DNA of 5,296 nucleotides from a virus (Duplodnaviria; Heunggongvirae; Uroviricota; Caudoviricetes): IMG/VR virus record IMGVR_UViG_2609459856_000012; one strand, 5' to 3'. Shown piece by piece: positions 3,276 to 5,296 of this stretch (position 1 is its first letter; each line of letters starts with the position of its first letter). The notes under the pieces were generated by a model. It saw only the letters and a program-made list of their open reading frames with translations, ran no database searches and was not told where the DNA came from. The position numbers and the translations under genes were made by a program.

Positions 3276-5296
3276 TAGATTGACTCCCCCATCTGAGCAT
3301 CAGTCAATGCCTTGTGCCATATTCTGAAATTCCTGACATGACCAAATAAATGACGCAACCCGGCTGTAGTCTGGCCTCCAATACGGATAATTGCGGTGTT
3401 CTGAATATAGGACCATGTGGCTTTCTTTTCGCTGGATATACGCCCGTTACTTACTGAGCACGTAGACTGATCTGACTTTACACGCATCCCCATAACCATT
3501 TTTTCAAGCGATGCGTTTTCGTTTACCCGTCTGTTAGCCAAACCTATATCGCAATAAGGAAATCCGTCGTAATCTGTTGAACGACCGAAGCCAAGAATAA
3601 TAGCCGCTCCGGTTTGATGACCGCCGGTATCAAAAACACGTGGCGCTGCATTTGGCGTTTTATACCAGTTCTTATGTACCTCACAAAGAACCGTAAAAGG
3701 AAGATTATAAAGATTATTCTTAATTGGAACTGTAACTATATCGCTTGCGCGGGTCGCCGCCGTCGCTCCTGATATAATAAAAGATGATACACAAGGCCCA
3801 TCTTCTACTTGTGGGGTGGCCAGATAAATATAGTCACCAGATACGGTTGCCCCGCTCTGCTTAGGAGAATACTGTATCTGAGAGCCTATTTTTAACTCCC
3901 CATCAATTGCCTGAATTGTTGCCTCTGCAAAAATCCATCCGGTAGCTTCGTCCTTTCTGACTCTCGCTGTAATCCTTGAGGCAGCACCGCCTGTCATATT
4001 AATTTCAAGCGTTTGTGTATCAATATACGCATCACCAAGAAAAGTTGTTGCGCTACCGTCATATTTATCAAACCGGATACGCAACCTTACCTGCAGTTCT
4101 GTTTTAAAACGACATGAGGTTGTCACGTGTTTATTATCGCCTGAGACATCAACTGACTTTGTTGCAGCAATTGATGCCATATTAATGGCTGAGGTTTGCC
4201 CAATCAGAGAATCGTTGCAGACAAACTTTCCATAGGTAAAACCAAAATTATCCGTCCCTGTTTCGGGCACATCCATATTTGACGATCGCCCCCAACTGGC
4301 AGGGCTTTCCGAATTGAGCATGTAGTTTGTTCTTTGCCCCTCAATAAGCAGGCCATCACGTTCAAATCGTGGCTCGTCAATGGCAGCCTCTGTCAGCACA
4401 CCAGATTTGTTAATATAGGTTGCTTTCGATGCACGTTTAAACTTAACAATCTTGTCGCCAGGCATCGTTATTTCATCATCACCAATAACAATTTTTTTAT
4501 ATGACGGCGAAAAGCCCGTAATCATATCCAGTGAATCGTTAAACGGTATCCACACATCGGGAAGCGGCTGCAAAACTTGTTTATACGGCTCCGCAGCCTG
4601 GCTTGCATACTCTCTGGCTGCGTCTTCACTTGCTTTTGCAGCCGTCTGGCTTGCAGCGGATGCTTTCGCCGAGTTAGCCGCCGCAGTCTCGCTCGCCTTT
4701 GCGTTGGTTTCACTGGTTTTTGCTGCTTTTTGACTGTTGGCTGATGCAGTGGCAGAAGCAGCCGCCGCACTTGCAGAACCAGCTGCAGCACTCTCGCTTT
4801 GGGCTGCTGCATCCTGACTGTTTTTCGCCGCAGTTTCGCTGGCTTTGGCATTCGTTTCGCTGGTCTTCGCTGCCGTCTGGCTGGACTTTGCGTTAGTTTC
4901 ACTCGTCTTCGCAGCTTTCTGGCTGTTAGCCGCAGCAGTTGCTGATCCAGCTGCTGAAGTCGCAGAACCGGCTGCCGCGCTCTCGCTTTGGGCTGCTGCA
5001 ACCTGGCTGTTTTTTGCCGCAGTTTCACTGGCTTTGGCATTCGTTTCGCTGGTCTTCGCTGCCGTCTGGCTGGACTTTGCGTTGGTTTCGCTCGTCTTTG
5101 CGGCTGTCTCGCTATTTTTCGCGTTGGTTTCTGATTTTTTGGCTGCTGTCGCGGAGTTTGCCGATGCAGTCTTTGAGGTCGCTGCCGCCTGTGCACTATT
5201 AGCTGCATTCGTTTCTGAGGTTTTCGCCGCGTTCTTCGATGATGCCGCTGCAGTTTCGGATTTCTTTGCCGCCGCTGCGCTCTGAGAGGCGGCTTC
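3275..5296 (-). CDS. stf: Side tail fibre protein (Stf-like), 5'-partial, at least 673 aa visible; Ala/Ser/Thr/Lys-rich N-proximal repeats and a C-terminal ConA/LamG-like lectin domain (inferred)
   Basis: Stop TAA at 3275-3277. Hand translation of the - strand in the 3275 frame finds no stop codon between 4574 and 5296. The sequence reads ...AKTSETNAKSSQTAAKTSETNAKASETAAKNSQ(V/D)AAAQSESAAAGSA...ANSQKAAKTSETNAKASETAAANSAKASAASQTAAKASEDAAREYASQAAEPYKQV-L-QPLPDVWIPFNDSL..., so the TTG 'start' at 4573 in the ORF track is an internal Leu codon. The repeats resemble those of lambda Stf and E. coli prophage Stf proteins as I recall them. The C-terminus (...GLRHLFGHVRNFRIWHKALTDAQMGESI) resembles the closing strand motif of LamG/ConA-like jelly-roll domains. 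Confidence 0.85.
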   Translation of the reverse strand, partial: EAASQSAAAAKKSETAAASSKNAAKTSETNAANSAQAAATSKTASANSATAAKKSETNAKNSETAAKTSETNAKSSQTAAKTSETNAKASETAAKNSQVAAAQSESAAAGSATSAAGSATAAANSQKAAKTSETNAKSSQTAAKTSETNAKASETAAKNSQDAAAQSESAAAGSASAAAASATASANSQKAAKTSETNAKASETAAANSAKASAASQTAAKASEDAAREYASQAAEPYKQVLQPLPDVWIPFNDSLDMITGFSPSYKKIVIGDDEITMPGDKIVKFKRASKATYINKSGVLTEAAIDEPRFERDGLLIEGQRTNYMLNSESPASWGRSSNMDVPETGTDNFGFTYGKFVCNDSLIGQTSAINMASIAATKSVDVSGDNKHVTTSCRFKTELQVRLRIRFDKYDGSATTFLGDAYIDTQTLEINMTGGAASRITARVRKDEATGWIFAEATIQAIDGELKIGSQIQYSPKQSGATVSGDYIYLATPQVEDGPCVSSFIISGATAATRASDIVTVPIKNNLYNLPFTVLCEVHKNWYKTPNAAPRVFDTGGHQTGAAIILGFGRSTDYDGFPYCDIGLANRRVNENASLEKMVMGMRVKSDQSTCSVSNGRISSEKKATWSYIQNTAIIRIGGQTTAGLRHLFGHVRNFRIWHKALTDAQMGESI
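4724..5101. repeat. In-frame tandem duplication, 2 x 189 bp (63 codons), inside stf; built from 42-bp (14-codon) subrepeats that continue on both sides (about 4620-5296)
   Basis: Copy 1 is 4913-5101 and copy 2 is 4724-4912 (plus-strand coordinates). The two encoded 63-aa units differ at only a few positions. The DNA string tctcgctttgggctgctgca recurs at 4792 and 4981. Confidence 0.8.

Noticed and set aside
4492..4498. A7/T7 homopolymer inside stf (codons TAT AAA AAA ATT) as a possible programmed frameshift or phase-variation site
   Set aside because: It is not a canonical X-XXY-YYZ slippery heptamer in this frame, no downstream structure is evident, and the alternative frames do not yield a plausible product. 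More likely incidental Lys-Lys coding.
4571..4573. TTG start codon for a 432-aa tail fibre ORF
   Set aside because: The reading frame is open upstream to the window edge and continues the repeat-containing Stf sequence, so this TTG is an internal Leu codon.
4522..5208. 228-aa Arg/Gln/Pro-rich ORF on the - strand
   Set aside because: It is an off-frame reading of the stf repeat region. The adjacent frame encodes the characteristic Stf Ala/Ser/Thr/Lys repeats and is contiguous with the downstream fibre domain. The extreme composition (poly-R/Q/P) is a frame artefact of GCN-rich repeats.
4452..5285. + strand ORFs of 93, 65, 87 and 146 aa (4452-4733, 4699-4896, 4939-5202, 4845-5285), Ala/Phe/Leu/Trp-rich
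   Set aside because: They are antisense shadows of stf. Low-complexity translations of the reverse complement of Ala/Ser/Thr codons, with no ribosome-binding site and no independent support.
89..5296. Invertible tail-fibre segment (Gin/Pin/Cin-type) or shufflon driven by the adjacent recombinase
   Set aside because: The recombinase is a tyrosine integrase with an arm-binding-type N-terminus, not a small serine invertase. All fibre genes are co-oriented, with no inverted duplicate tip/chaperone pair visible. I could not find flanking inverted repeats by eye; a computational inverted-repeat scan of 1900-5296 would settle it.

Overview
This window reads as the integrase-proximal junction of a temperate, lambdoid-like enterobacterial phage or prophage. 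On the + strand there is a complete tyrosine integrase (89-1186), followed by a DinI-family gene (1248-1496) sitting behind a near-consensus -35 and two tandem LexA boxes. On the - strand, converging on them, are a small 3-helix membrane protein (1614-1901), a 346-aa receptor-binding tail protein with a C-terminal self-cleaving chaperone domain (1944-2984), a 93-aa very acidic protein (2994-3275), and a side-tail-fibre (Stf-like) gene (3275-5296) that runs off the window. The ORF track splits the Stf gene at a TTG (4573); my hand translation shows its frame stays open to 5296 and encodes Ala/Ser/Thr/Lys-rich repeats of the lambda-Stf type, including a perfect in-frame 189-bp tandem duplication. 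I see no rRNA, tRNA, CRISPR array or transposase. All family assignments are from motif recognition by eye; no database search was run. The most interesting items are the SOS-wired dinI cargo gene, the unassigned membrane protein, and the unusual fibre module (Stf, acidic protein, chaperone-domain tail protein) with no recognisable Tfa-type assembly gene in this window.
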